64,000 nt of DNA from Chthoniobacteraceae bacterium (GTDB lineage: Bacteria > Verrucomicrobiota > Verrucomicrobiia > Chthoniobacterales > Chthoniobacteraceae): NCBI GenBank assembly GCA_037190965.1, contig JBBCKI010000002.1, forward strand, positions 1 to 64,000, given 5' to 3'. Shown here piece after piece: positions 28,873 to 39,087 of this stretch. The number at the start of each line of letters is the position of its first letter. Position 1 is the stretch's first letter. Under the pieces are notes generated by a model. That model was given only the letters and a program-made list of their open reading frames with translations, ran no database searches and was not told the origin of the DNA. Position numbers and translations under genes: made by a program.

Positions 28873-29110
28873 GAAGATGGCTAAAGAAACAGATGAGTTC
28901 CTGGCGTCCAGCCCAAAAGGTCGCTTCAACCTGAATTCCGATGTTGGAGCGGATGAGCTTGTGCAAAATCTTGGTGCAAAAACCGTTAAGGAGAAGCGTA
29001 GCCGTATCTTTGATACGGTGAGCCTTCGACGAAGCCGTTTATGCCCAAGAGGTTGTGCAAGATCGCCGCGAGCAACTTCGGGATTCAGGTTCAACCCGAA
29101 AACAAAGACT

Positions 29111-29146
29111 AAAAGGCCGATCCGACTTTCGTCGAACCGGCCTTTT
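29111..29146. terminator. Intrinsic terminator after clpC (bidirectional form)
   Basis: AAAAGGCCG...CGGCCTTTT hairpin. Confidence 0.75.
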
Positions 29147-29168
29147 GTAATTTCTACTCTATAACGTC

Positions 29169-31688
29169 TTAGCTCGCGGCTGCCGCGCCTGCGCTTCCCG
29201 CCGCCGTTTCCGGCACGCTGAAGGCGAGCTTCTCGGCTCCCACCGCGGTGACGTTGACCACGTCGCCCGCCTTGATGTTGCCGCGCAGAAGTTCCTCCGC
29301 GAGTGGGTCTTCGAGGTAACGCTCCACGGCGCGGCGCATCGGGCGCGCTCCGTAGGCGGGGTCGTAACCCTTCTCGATCAGGAACTCGTGGGTTGCCTCG
29401 TCGAGCTTGAGTTCGATCTCCTTGGCCCGCAGGCGCGTGGTGACCTTCGCGACCTCGAGATCAACGATCTTGATGAGGTCGGGCTTAGTGAGCGTGTGGA
29501 AGACGATCAGGTCATCGAGACGGTTGAGGAACTCGGGCTTGAATACCCGCTTGGACTCCTCAAGGATCTTCGCCCGCATCGTATCATACCCTTCGTCGTC
29601 GCCGCGAGGCGCGCCGAACCCGAGCGTGGTCTGCTTCTTGATCAGCTCGGCCCCGACGTTCGAGGTCATGATGATGATGGTGTTGCGGAAGTCGATCTTG
29701 CGCCCGAGCGAATCGGTGATCTTCCCTTCCTCCAGAATCTGGAGTAGGAGGTGCATCACGTCAGGGTGCGCCTTCTCGATCTCGTCAAACAGCACGACCG
29801 AATACGGCCGGCGGCGGACGGCTTCCGACAACTGGCCGCCCTCCTCGTACCCGACATAGCCGGGAGGCGAGCCGATGAGGCGGGAAGCGGTGAACTTCTC
29901 CATGTACTCGGACATGTCGATCTGGATCAACGCTTCGCGGTCGCCGAACATGAACTCCGCCAGCGTGCTGGTGAGGAAGGTCTTGCCGACGCCGGTTGGC
30001 CCCAGGAAGATGAACGAGCCGATCGGGCGGCGCGGGTCCTTGAGGTCCGCACGCGAACGCCGGAGCGCCTTGGAGATGGCGATGACCGCCTCGTCCTGGC
30101 CGATAACACGCTTCTTCAGTTCCTGCTCCATGGCAAGGAGCTTGGTGGCTTCCGCCTGCTCCATACGGTTGAGCGGGACGCCGGTGGTCTTGGAGACGAC
30201 GTTGAGAATATCGTCGTCGGAGACGATGACTTCCTTCTCTTCGCGCTGCTCCCTCCACTCGGTGAGGATCTGCTCGAGCTTGTCTTTGGCCTGCTTCTCG
30301 GTATCGCGGAGCGCGGCGGCTTTCTCGAAGTCCTGAGCCTTGATGGCGGCTTCCTTCTCGCCGCGAATCTCCTCAATCTCGACTTCGATGTGCTTGACGT
30401 CCGGCGGACGGGTCATCGCGCCGATGCGGGCGCGGGAACCGGCCTCGTCCATGACGTCAATCGCCTTGTCCGGCAGGAACCGGCCGGTGATATACCGGTC
30501 CGAAAGCGTGGCGCACAGCTCCAGTGCGGCGTCGGTGATCTTGGCGCGGTGATGCGCTTCGTACTTGGGCCGGAGTCCCTTGAGAATCTGGATGGTGTCC
30601 TCGACGTTCGGGGCCTCGACCTTCACGGTCTGGAAACGGCGTTCCAGCGCAGCGTCTTTCTCGATATATTTCCGGTATTCGTTGAGCGTCGTGGCGCCGA
30701 TGCACTGCAACTCGCCCCGGCTCAGCGCCGGTTTAATGATGTTGGAGGCATCCATCGCCCCTTCCGCCGAACCGGCTCCGACGATGGTGTGCAACTCGTC
30801 GATGAAGAGGATGACGTTCTTGCTGCGACGGATTTCGTCCATCACCGCCTTGATCCGCTCCTCAAACTGGCCCCGGTATTTGGTACCGGCCACCATGAGG
30901 GCGAGGTCGAGGGTGACGACTTTCTTGTCGCGCAGAATTTCGGGAACGTTGCCCGCGGAAATCTCCTGGGCCAATCCTTCGGCGATCGCCGTCTTGCCGA
31001 CGCCCGCTTCGCCCAGCAACACCGGATTGTTCTTGGTGCGGCGGCAGAGGATCTGGATGACGCGTTCGATCTCGTTGCGACGGCCAATGACCGGGTCGAG
31101 CTCGGCCTTGCGGGCCATCTCGGTCAGGTCGCGGCCAAACGCGCGGAGCGCGGGCGTCTTGACGTCGCCTTTGCGGCCCGCCTCGCCCGGCCCACCCGCC
31201 ATCGGCGGCTGGCCTTCTTCTCCCCCGGCAGATGCCTCGGGCGGCGTGAAATTCGGATCGAGTTCCTTGAGGATCTCGTTACGGGTGCGCTCGATGTCGA
31301 CCTCCAGATTCTTCAGCACACGGGCAGCCACCCCCTCGCCTTCGCGCAGAAGGCCCAGAAGGATATGTTCGGTACCGACGTAGGAATGGCTGAGCGACTT
31401 CGCCTCCTTCCCGGCGAGAGCGAGCACTTTCTTCACACGCGGCGTGTATGGAATATTGCCGACCATCTTGGTCTCGGGACCGGAGCCGACCTGTTTTTCG
31501 ACTTCCATCCGGACGGTTTCAAGGTCGAGCCCCATCTTTTGAAGGACATTGACCGCAACCCCCTGACCCAGTTTGATCAGTCCGAGCAGCAGATGCTCGG
31601 TCCCCACATAATTGTGGTTAAACCGGTCCGCTTCCTTCCGTGCGAGGGCCAGAACCTGTTGGGCGCGTGGAGTGAAGTTATTCATCAT
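29169..31688 (-). CDS. clpC: ATP-dependent Clp protease ATPase subunit ClpC
   Basis: Clp N repeats, two Walker A motifs ([16 protein letters not shown]), UVR coil, LGF loop. Confidence 0.97.
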   Translation of the reverse strand: MMNNFTPRAQQVLALARKEADRFNHNYVGTEHLLLGLIKLGQGVAVNVLQKMGLDLETVRMEVEKQVGSGPETKMVGNIPYTPRVKKVLALAGKEAKSLSHSYVGTEHILLGLLREGEGVAARVLKNLEVDIERTRNEILKELDPNFTPPEASAGGEEGQPPMAGGPGEAGRKGDVKTPALRAFGRDLTEMARKAELDPVIGRRNEIERVIQILCRRTKNNPVLLGEAGVGKTAIAEGLAQEISAGNVPEILRDKKVVTLDLALMVAGTKYRGQFEERIKAVMDEIRRSKNVILFIDELHTIVGAGSAEGAMDASNIIKPALSRGELQCIGATTLNEYRKYIEKDAALERRFQTVKVEAPNVEDTIQILKGLRPKYEAHHRAKITDAALELCATLSDRYITGRFLPDKAIDVMDEAGSRARIGAMTRPPDVKHIEVEIEEIRGEKEAAIKAQDFEKAAALRDTEKQAKDKLEQILTEWREQREEKEVIVSDDDILNVVSKTTGVPLNRMEQAEATKLLAMEQELKKRVIGQDEAVIAISKALRRSRADLKDPRRPIGSFIFLGPTGVGKTFLTSTLAEFMFGDREALIQIDMSEYMEKFTASRLIGSPPGYVGYEEGGQLSEAVRRRPYSVVLFDEIEKAHPDVMHLLLQILEEGKITDSLGRKIDFRNTIIIMTSNVGAELIKKQTTLGFGAPRGDDEGYDTMRAKILEESKRVFKPEFLNRLDDLIVFHTLTKPDLIKIVDLEVAKVTTRLRAKEIELKLDEATHEFLIEKGYDPAYGARPMRRAVERYLEDPLAEELLRGNIKAGDVVNVTAVGAEKLAFSVPETAAGSAGAAAAS

Positions 31689-32793
31689 GTTTTTCTTCGT
31701 TGGGCAACCGTGGGACGGCTACCTTGCTACTCTCTGGTTTTGGAAACTCTCTTAACTTGTCCCGGATAATCTCGGCGCGCAAGGAGTCCCGTTCCTCCGG
31801 CGCAAGTTTTTGTTTCGAATTCCTCTGGAGATGCGCGGGCTGCGTCAGGATAAAAAGTTCATCGATCGCCGATTGACAATCTGGCGGAAAAAGGCCGAGG
31901 TCAACCCCGAGTTTCAAAAATGAGAGAAGGTTCAAGGCCTCCTTGGAACTCATCGAGTAGGCGTGCGAGAGAATCCCGTAGCCGCGCCCGATGTGGTCGA
32001 GGAGCGTCCCCGGCTTTTTCTGAAGCAACATCTGCCGGGCGTTCTGCTCATGCTCGATGATCTTTTCGATCACCTTGTTGAGCTGCGCGACGATCTCTTC
32101 CTCCTTCTCGCCGAGGGTGATCTGGTTGGAAATCTGGAAAAGATTCCCCATCGCTTCGGTCCCCTCCCCGTAGAGGCCGCGAACGGCGAGGCCGATCTTG
32201 TTGACCGCCTGGATGACCTGATTGATCTGGTCGCTCAACACCAGCGCGGGGAGATGGATCATCGCCGAAGCGCGCATTCCGGTGCCGACGTTCGTCGGGC
32301 AGGCGGTGAGATAGCCGAGTGTAGGATGAAAAGCGTAATCGACCCGGGCTTCCAGCGCGCTGTCTACCTTATCGAGCAGTTTGAAGGCGCTGCGCAGTTG
32401 CAGGCCGGAGCGGATCACCTGCATACGAAGGTGATCTTCCTCGTTGATCATGATGCTCAACGTCTGCTTTTTGTTGACGACGACGGCGCTGCCGACCCCT
32501 TTGGCCGCGTGCTCACGACTGATGAGGTGGCGCTCCACAAGCACCTGCTTCTCAAGCTGGGAGAGATCCTGCAGAAAGGACGAGTAGGCGTCCTGCATCT
32601 CCGTCAGTCCTTCGACCTGCGGCTTGATGAGTTCGAGCGCCTGAAGGCGGTCGCTCTTCTTGGCCCAACCGGGAAACGGGTGCCCGCGCAGATTCCTCGC
32701 CAGGCGAACCCGGCTGGAAATCACGATTTGATGGTGGGGCCCGTCGTTCCGAGCCCACTCACCACTGCTCGAAAATAGGCTGCTGATTTTCAC
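31678..32793 (-). CDS. mcsB: Protein arginine kinase
   Basis: SSRVRLARN, NEEDH, ACPTNVGTG, RGLYGEG. Confidence 0.95.
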   Translation of the reverse strand: MKISSLFSSSGEWARNDGPHHQIVISSRVRLARNLRGHPFPGWAKKSDRLQALELIKPQVEGLTEMQDAYSSFLQDLSQLEKQVLVERHLISREHAAKGVGSAVVVNKKQTLSIMINEEDHLRMQVIRSGLQLRSAFKLLDKVDSALEARVDYAFHPTLGYLTACPTNVGTGMRASAMIHLPALVLSDQINQVIQAVNKIGLAVRGLYGEGTEAMGNLFQISNQITLGEKEEEIVAQLNKVIEKIIEHEQNARQMLLQKKPGTLLDHIGRGYGILSHAYSMSSKEALNLLSFLKLGVDLGLFPPDCQSAIDELFILTQPAHLQRNSKQKLAPEERDSLRAEIIRDKLREFPKPESSKVAVPRLPNEEKHDE

Positions 32794-33275
32794 GGTTGGT
32801 GTTCGAGTTCCCGCAATTGATCGCGAAGCTGGGCGGCGGCTTCATAGTTCTCGTCGGCCACCGCTTTGTCCAGATCGCGCTGAATCTGTTTGATCCTCGT
32901 GTCACGTTCGATGGTGCGCATCAGTCGCGCCGGCACCTTCCCGACATGTGAGGTTCCCTTGTGCATCGCCTTGAGGAGCGAGCCTAGCCCTTCTCCAAAA
33001 GTATCGTAACACGCGCTGCACCCGAGACGACCGGTTTTCTTGAAATCCGCCTGGCTGAAGCCGCAGACGGGACACCGCTGCCCCACCGCGCCTTTCTCGA
33101 TTTCCTGAGCCGCGCCGAGGCCGAGCAGAAGATCCGCCAAGGCAAAGCCCGTGGGATCGGTGACCCCCTTCTCCTTGGAGCAGGCTTCGCAGAGGTTCAC
33201 CTTCTGCATCTTCCCGTCCACGATCTGCGTCAGAAACACCGTTGCCTGGTTATTTTTGCAAACGTCGCAGACCAT
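32790..33275 (-). CDS. mcsA: McsA-like activator (CxxC motifs + UVR domain)
   Basis: Four CxxC motifs, ENYEAAAQLRD, operon position. Confidence 0.92.
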   Translation of the reverse strand: MVCDVCKNNQATVFLTQIVDGKMQKVNLCEACSKEKGVTDPTGFALADLLLGLGAAQEIEKGAVGQRCPVCGFSQADFKKTGRLGCSACYDTFGEGLGSLLKAMHKGTSHVGKVPARLMRTIERDTRIKQIQRDLDKAVADENYEAAAQLRDQLRELEHQP

Positions 33276-33327
33276 GTTCTTTTTTTCGATTGGATAAATG
33301 TTTCAAGCTCCGGAGCGGAGCACCCGC

Positions 33328-34197
33328 CTATTCATAAATCGGCGCACCTGTGGAGCGTGTCAACTCGCGGAAGCGGGCAATAAATTTCGCGGTGATGCAA
33401 CCCGGCTTCCCGTCGCCGATGGGTCGGTTGTCAAGGGTCACCACGGGGATGATTTCCGCCGCCGTTCCGGTGAGAAAACACTCGTCGGCAGTGTAGATAT
33501 CATACCGGGTCAAATTCGGCTCGGTAATCGAGTACCCGAGTTCCTCCGCGATCTGGAAAACCACGGCGCGGGTGATGCCGCAAAGAGCGCCCGAAGAGAT
33601 ATGAGGGGTGATGATCTTGTTTCCCTTGATGACGAAAATATTGTCGCCGGTGCACTCGGCCACATAACCCTGCTCGTTGAGCATCAACCCTTCCCCTGCG
33701 TTCCCGGCTTCAATCTTGGCGAGGATGTTATTGAGATAGTTGAGCGACTTGACCGACGGGCTCAACGCCCCTGGGGCGATGCGGCGGGTGGAACAGGTCA
33801 CCACGTCGAGGCCGTTCTGATAAAGCTCCTCGGGGTAAAGTTTGATGGAAGCGGCAATGATAATGACGCTCGCCCTCGGGCAGAGCTTCGGATTCAAGCC
33901 GAGATCGCCCACCCCGCGCGTCACGACGAGCCGAATGTAGCCGTCCCGCAGGTTATTCTCGCGGCAGCTCTGGATCACGGCGTCGCACATCTCCGCCTTG
34001 CTCATCGGGATGGTGAGCAGAATGGCGCGCGCGGAATCGTAAAGACGATCGATGTGTTCTTCGAGCTTGAAGACACGGCCGTTGTAGAAGCGAATTCCCT
34101 CAAAAATACCGTCGCCGTAAAGCAACCCATGGTCGAACACGGAGATCTTCGCGTCGGCCTCGGCATAAAAAGTGCCATCAATGTAAATCTTCTTCAT
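33328..34197 (-). CDS. ilvE: Branched-chain amino acid aminotransferase
   Basis: DHGLLYGDGIFEG, KSLNY, ECTGDN, GITR, GTAAE. Confidence 0.93.
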   Translation of the reverse strand: MKKIYIDGTFYAEADAKISVFDHGLLYGDGIFEGIRFYNGRVFKLEEHIDRLYDSARAILLTIPMSKAEMCDAVIQSCRENNLRDGYIRLVVTRGVGDLGLNPKLCPRASVIIIAASIKLYPEELYQNGLDVVTCSTRRIAPGALSPSVKSLNYLNNILAKIEAGNAGEGLMLNEQGYVAECTGDNIFVIKGNKIITPHISSGALCGITRAVVFQIAEELGYSITEPNLTRYDIYTADECFLTGTAAEIIPVVTLDNRPIGDGKPGCITAKFIARFRELTRSTGAPIYE

Positions 34198-34266
34198 TTC
34201 AGGAGTAATCTTGAGCGGCGTCGTGTCTTTTTAGAGGGGGTAATCAATTCTATCCTATCGGTGCTG

Positions 34267-34995
34267 TCATTGCCCGGTGGTTTTTAGCAGGCCATCGGCA
34301 ATTTCGACCTTGCGATCGCCCCTTTCCGCCAGCCGCGCATCGTGCGTAACAACAATCAATGTTTTCTGGTTTTCCCGAACCAACGCAAGCAGCAAATCGA
34401 CAATGACTTCACCTGTTTTGGAATCGAGATTTCCCGTCGGTTCGTCAGCAAAGATAATACTAGGGTCATTGATAATAGCCCGGGCAATGGCGACCCGCTG
34501 TTGCTCGCCGCCGGAAAGCTCGGCAGGAAGATGATGCCGCCTTGCGGAAAGGCCGACCCGGTCCAGCGCTGCCTCCGCCGCAGCCAGCCCCGCTTTGCCG
34601 CCAATCATCGTCGGCAGCATCACGTTTTCCAACGCGGTCAGCTCGGGAAGGAGAAAATACCCCTGGAAAACAAACCCCATCCGGGCATTGCGCACACGGG
34701 CTTGTTCCCGGGCGCTGGCTTCATAAAGAGAGCACCCTTCAAAAGTGACCGTCCCCGACTCCGGACGTTCCAATCCAGCCAGGGTATAAAGCAACGTCGT
34801 CTTTCCCGCGCCCGATGCGCCCACCAGGAAAACCGATTCCCCCCGGCGCACGTCCATGGAGACGCCACGAAGCACTTCGATCTGGCGAGGGCCGATCTTG
34901 AAGGAGCGTTTCAGATTATCGGCCCGCAGGTGAATATCAGCCCGTTGCGTGGAAAAGGAGCGTGGCTCCGCGGTAGATGGGGACGTTTCGTTCAT
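34267..34995 (-). CDS. ABC transporter ATP-binding protein (LolD-like)
   Basis: GASGAGKT, LSGGEQQR, ADEPTGNLD, VTHD. Confidence 0.9.
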   Translation of the reverse strand: MNETSPSTAEPRSFSTQRADIHLRADNLKRSFKIGPRQIEVLRGVSMDVRRGESVFLVGASGAGKTTLLYTLAGLERPESGTVTFEGCSLYEASAREQARVRNARMGFVFQGYFLLPELTALENVMLPTMIGGKAGLAAAEAALDRVGLSARRHHLPAELSGGEQQRVAIARAIINDPSIIFADEPTGNLDSKTGEVIVDLLLALVRENQKTLIVVTHDARLAERGDRKVEIADGLLKTTGQ

Positions 34996-35008
34996 GGCAT
35001 CAAGCTCC

Positions 35009-35464
35009 TTAACAACGGGTTTTGATCTGGCGCATTCCTTCAAAAAGGACGATGGCGGCAGCGGTGGCAAGATTGAGGCTGCGGGTTTTGGTCGTCATCG
35101 GGATGGTGCGCTGACTTTCGACATTCTCCGCAAGCAACGGCTCTGGCAATCCTTTGGTTTCCCGGCCAAAGACGAGAAAATCGCCGGGCGCAAACTCGGT
35201 GTCATAATAAGGACGGTCGGTCTTCGTAGTCAAAAACCAGAACCGCCCCTCCGGGTGCGCGGCCTGCAGAAGGGCAAAGGAATCCCAAATCTCAACCTTC
35301 GTTTCCTTCCAGTAATCGAGCCCCGCCCGCTTGAGTGTTTTATCGTCGATGGAAAACCCGAGCGGTTTGACCAGATGCAACGTGGAATCGGTGGCCAGGC
35401 AAAGCCGGGCGATGTTCCCCGTATTGGGCGGAATTTCGGGCTCTACGAGGACGACGTTGAACAT
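35009..35464 (-). CDS. trmL: tRNA (cytidine/uridine-34-2'-O)-methyltransferase
   Basis: PEIPPNTGNIAR, RAGLDYW, FGRETKGL, RSLNL. Confidence 0.93.
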   Translation of the reverse strand: MFNVVLVEPEIPPNTGNIARLCLATDSTLHLVKPLGFSIDDKTLKRAGLDYWKETKVEIWDSFALLQAAHPEGRFWFLTTKTDRPYYDTEFAPGDFLVFGRETKGLPEPLLAENVESQRTIPMTTKTRSLNLATAAAIVLFEGMRQIKTRC

Positions 35465-35477
35465 AAAGGGAGAATGA

Positions 35478-36569
35478 TCACCCGGCTTTCTCGGGAAAGC
35501 ACGCCGGTTTTGCGGAATTGGACCGCGAAATCCGTTCCGCACGCAATTGCCCGCAACCTGCGGCCACGTCGATGCCGCGCCGTTGGCGGATGGTGCTCGG
35601 CAGGCCCGCTTCCTGCAAAATCTGCTGAAACCGGTTCGCCGCCTCGGCGGTAGTCTCGCGACCGCCGAATCCTTGGGTGGGATTCAACGGGATGAGATTC
35701 ACGTGGGCGTCGATTCCCGCGAGGAGCGCGGCAAGCCGCCGCGCCTGTTCCGGAGAATCGTTCTTGCCGTCAATGAGAGTCCATTCAAAGAAAATCCGTC
35801 GTCCTGTTTTTGCGCCATAGGTCCGGCAGGCCGCGATCAGATCCGCCAGCGACCAGCGGCGGCTGGCCGGGACAAGCGCGGAACGCTCCTCCTCGGTCGC
35901 GCCGTGCAGGCTGACGGCGAGATTGTACGGGCGCCCCTCTTCGGCAAGGCGAAGGATGCCGGGAACGACCCCCACGGTGCTGATCGTGATCCGGCTGGGG
36001 CCGATGTTGAGCCCGCGCGTGTCGGCGATGATCTCCAGCGCGGCCATGACCGCATCGAAGTTATGCAACGGCTCCCCCATCCCCATGAGCACGAGATTAC
36101 GGAGCGACTCCCCTTCCCTTTCCGCTCCCGATTCTCTCAGCGCACGGCGGCAATGCAGCACCTGTGCCACAATCTCGCCGGGGCGCAGGTGACGGACAAA
36201 CCCCATCTGGCCGGTGGCGCAAAAGGTGCACCCCATGGCGCATCCCGCCTGGGTGCTCAGGCAGGCGGTGAACCGTCCGGGGAACCCCATCAACACCGAC
36301 TCGACCTCCTGCCCGTCGCGCAGGCGAAGGAGGAACTTCCTGGTAAGGCCGTCGCTGCTCCGGATATCGGCGGCCACTTCGGGCGTCTCCGGGAAAAACC
36401 GCCCGGGCACCGCCTCCGCCATCCAGCGGGCCAGCGGCGGGGAGAACTCCGAGGCGACATCGCGGTACAACGAGGCCCACAAGGCCCGGGCATGCATGGG
36501 GCGCACCCCGGAGGCGTCGAGTTCCCGCTCCAGCGCACCGAAACTCAGATCATGGAGAGAGACGTTCAT
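35478..36569 (-). CDS. rlmN: Radical SAM rRNA/tRNA methyltransferase, RlmN family
   Basis: CAMGCTFC, MGMGEP, VNLIP.N, AGCGQL. Confidence 0.92.
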   Translation of the reverse strand: MNVSLHDLSFGALERELDASGVRPMHARALWASLYRDVASEFSPPLARWMAEAVPGRFFPETPEVAADIRSSDGLTRKFLLRLRDGQEVESVLMGFPGRFTACLSTQAGCAMGCTFCATGQMGFVRHLRPGEIVAQVLHCRRALRESGAEREGESLRNLVLMGMGEPLHNFDAVMAALEIIADTRGLNIGPSRITISTVGVVPGILRLAEEGRPYNLAVSLHGATEEERSALVPASRRWSLADLIAACRTYGAKTGRRIFFEWTLIDGKNDSPEQARRLAALLAGIDAHVNLIPLNPTQGFGGRETTAEAANRFQQILQEAGLPSTIRQRRGIDVAAGCGQLRAERISRSNSAKPACFPEKAG

Positions 36570-36573
36570 CGAA

Positions 36574-37023
36574 TCAGATGGAATATTTAGCGGCGATCCA
36601 GTCCGGGATCTTCTCCGCGCGACCGCTCTGGAGATTGATCATCGTGTAGTCAAACCAGCCGTCGCACGAAAGCTTTCCGTTGCTTTTCCGGCGGATCTCG
36701 AAGTGGACTTTCACCCCATCTTTGTGCATCGCCTCCACCCAGGTCGTGACGGTGATGCTGTCGTTCAAATTGAGCGGACGCTTGTACTCGACGTGCGCCG
36801 TCTTCACGACCCAGCCGAACCCCGCCGCCACGAACTCCTCCATCGCCATCTTGTAACAGCGGGCCATCTGGTCATACCGGGCGGCCAGAACGTAATCGAA
36901 ATACCGGCTGTTGTGCACATGCTGGTTCATGTCGATATCGTCGGGACGGACTTGCAGGTCCGTCTCGAACCGGGTGCGTCCCAGGGGTTGTTGTTCGTTG
37001 CTCACGGGACGGGAGCGTTGCAT
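36574..37023 (-). CDS. Acyl-CoA thioesterase (4HBT/hotdog fold)
   Basis: VRPDDIDMNQHVHNSRY. Start estimated; the longer ORF runs into a REPIN. Confidence 0.88.
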   Translation of the reverse strand: MQRSRPVSNEQQPLGRTRFETDLQVRPDDIDMNQHVHNSRYFDYVLAARYDQMARCYKMAMEEFVAAGFGWVVKTAHVEYKRPLNLNDSITVTTWVEAMHKDGVKVHFEIRRKSNGKLSCDGWFDYTMINLQSGRAEKIPDWIAAKYSI

Positions 37024-37106
37024 CGACCGGCCTCCGGGGCAAGGCCCATCATCGGCATTGCAGGGAATGGCAGTCGAGCAATAACGCGTCGGTGTCACGG
37101 TTGCCA

Positions 37107-37253
37107 GGTAGCACGCTCTCGCCGAGAGCGCGGGACACGACAAAGAGGCGCGTTTGACCTCCATCCCCGCAGGACTGACTGGTTCTGCTGGGATGTGGTC
37201 TCAAAGGAGGCAAGAAAGCCGATACCCGCGCTCGACGGCGCGAGCGTGCTACC
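37107..37253. repeat. 147-bp REPIN-like element, copy 2
   Basis: Same length, same GGTAG...CTACC ends, related spacer and related 3' flank as 18795-18941. Confidence 0.85.
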
Positions 37254-37348
37254 GGTGCTACCGCACCATTCGGCATAAAGGGGAATTTCTTTCCAATCTC
37301 GGTTTTCCGGTTTTTCTTATCGCCCGCTACGCCTATAACCCTCACACC

Positions 37349-38857
37349 ATGTCCACCTCCGCGCCCTTGTTCATGCAACCCTACCTGGAAGAAAAACCGG
37401 AGTGGTCCGAACTGACCCGATTTGCCTGGGAGTGCGCCGGCAAGCATGTACGCACCACGCGCGGTCGGCGGCACATGGATGTCGGCTGGAATGGGCGGGA
37501 GAATCTCCAGTGGGTCTGGGATTCCTGCTTCATGGCGCTCTATAGCCGATACGCCCCGGAGGCCCTCCCCGGAATGGCAAGCCTCGACAACTTCTACGAC
37601 ATCCAAAGAGAGGATGGCTATATCGGGATGTGCTACGATCTCGATACCGGAGCGGAGCCGTGGCCCGATCGGATCAACCCGCCTCTTTTCGCATGGGTCG
37701 AACGCGAGTATTGGCGGACCACAGGGGACGCCAGCCGGCTGAAGCGAGTATTGCCCCACCTTGAGAGGTTACACGACTGGATCGACGCGAACCGTCGCAC
37801 CCAGCCGCACCGCCGTCTCCTGGCGCACGACAGCCCCGAAGATGGACAGGGAGAGTCGGAAAATTGTTACCAGCTTTACTGGTTCAAGGATGGCGGCTCC
37901 TCCGGCATGGACGATTCCCCCCGCACACCGCGTCTCCCCGGCGCGGGCCAGTTTTTTGATTGGATCGATCTTTCCAGCCAGATGGCGCTTGCCTGCCGCT
38001 GCCTCGCGGAGATGTTCGCCGCAACCGGTGATGCCGAACGCGCCGCCCTCTGGCAAGGCCGCCACAGGCAACTCGCCGGGACGATCAACGATGAACTCTG
38101 GTGTGAAAAGACCGGGTTCTATCACGACAGGACGCTGCCAACCGGCTTTGTCCCATGCAAGACCATCGCCGGTTTCTGGCCCATGCTGGCGGGCATCTGT
38201 GACCCGAAGCATCTCGATCATCTGGAAGCGCACCTTCGCAACCCCGCCGAATTCAATCGGCCCGTGCCCGTTCCCGCGCTGAGCGCCGACGACCCCAACT
38301 ACCGCCCCGATGGCGCTTATTGGCGCGGCGGTGTCTGGGCTCCGACCAATTACATGGTGATTCGTGGACTGGCGACCGCAGGGCGGCGCGCCGAGGCGCA
38401 CCGCATCGCGACCCGCTACCTCGATGCCCTGGCCACCGTCTATCGCAACGTGACCCCGCATACCCTCTGGGAAGCGCTCGCGGCGGAGAAGCCGGAGCCC
38501 GCGAAGACCGCCTACACCGGAGAATGGGTGCGTCCCGATTTCTGCGGTTGGAGCGCCATCGGGCCCACTGCGATCTTCCTCGAAAATGTGATCGGCATTG
38601 AAGTGGATGCGTCCACCGGTACGGTTCACTGGGACATCCGCCTCGAAGGAACCCACGGTGTCCACCGCCTGCCGCTTGGCCGGGGAACGGCCGCCGACCT
38701 GCATTTCCGGCCTACCGATGGCGGCGGAACTGTGGAAGTTCAAACAGAGACACCGTTCGATCTCGTCCTGAAACGAAAAGACTGCCAGATCATCGCCAAA
38801 GTGCCCTTTTCAAGTGAGGGAAGCTTTACGATTCAGATCCCATCAGTCCCTACCTAG
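37349..38857 (+). CDS. (alpha/alpha)6 glycoside hydrolase (GH63/trehalase/MGH1-like)
   Basis: WVWDSCF, NPPLFAW, SGMDDSPR, YWRGGVW.PTNY, FCGWS. Confidence 0.85.
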   Translation: MSTSAPLFMQPYLEEKPEWSELTRFAWECAGKHVRTTRGRRHMDVGWNGRENLQWVWDSCFMALYSRYAPEALPGMASLDNFYDIQREDGYIGMCYDLDTGAEPWPDRINPPLFAWVEREYWRTTGDASRLKRVLPHLERLHDWIDANRRTQPHRRLLAHDSPEDGQGESENCYQLYWFKDGGSSGMDDSPRTPRLPGAGQFFDWIDLSSQMALACRCLAEMFAATGDAERAALWQGRHRQLAGTINDELWCEKTGFYHDRTLPTGFVPCKTIAGFWPMLAGICDPKHLDHLEAHLRNPAEFNRPVPVPALSADDPNYRPDGAYWRGGVWAPTNYMVIRGLATAGRRAEAHRIATRYLDALATVYRNVTPHTLWEALAAEKPEPAKTAYTGEWVRPDFCGWSAIGPTAIFLENVIGIEVDASTGTVHWDIRLEGTHGVHRLPLGRGTAADLHFRPTDGGGTVEVQTETPFDLVLKRKDCQIIAKVPFSSEGSFTIQIPSVPT

Positions 38858-38902
38858 GGCGTGTCTACGAATTGAGAGATAGAGGGCCTTCGGCTGCGAG
38901 GA

Positions 38903-39024
38903 GTGCGGCGTCGCGGAGCTCCGCCCTCCGTTGACGGGTATCTGACACTAGCTTCTCAAAAGGCTTTCACCCTGCGCGCGCTTGCCGCGCGGTAGGGGGA
39001 GGGCGGAGCTCCGCGACACCGCAC
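38903..39024. repeat. 27-bp inverted repeat pair (second REP-like family) between convergent genes
   Basis: 38903-38929 GTGCGGCGTCGCGGAGCTCCGCCCTCC vs 38998-39024 GGAGGGCGGAGCTCCGCGACACCGCAC, one mismatch; each has an internal palindrome GCGGAGCTCCGC. Confidence 0.8.
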
Positions 39025-39087
39025 AGGGCAAAAGGCCTCTTATTTTTTCTTCTCAACAACCCGCGCTGTCTCAACGAACTTTTGAAC

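Noticed and set aside
29751..31769. Long antisense ORFs (672 aa here; also 59975-61888, 41644-43317, 40231-41631)
   Set aside because: Shadow frames opposite well-conserved high-GC genes (clpC, prfC, phosphosugar mutase, PBP).
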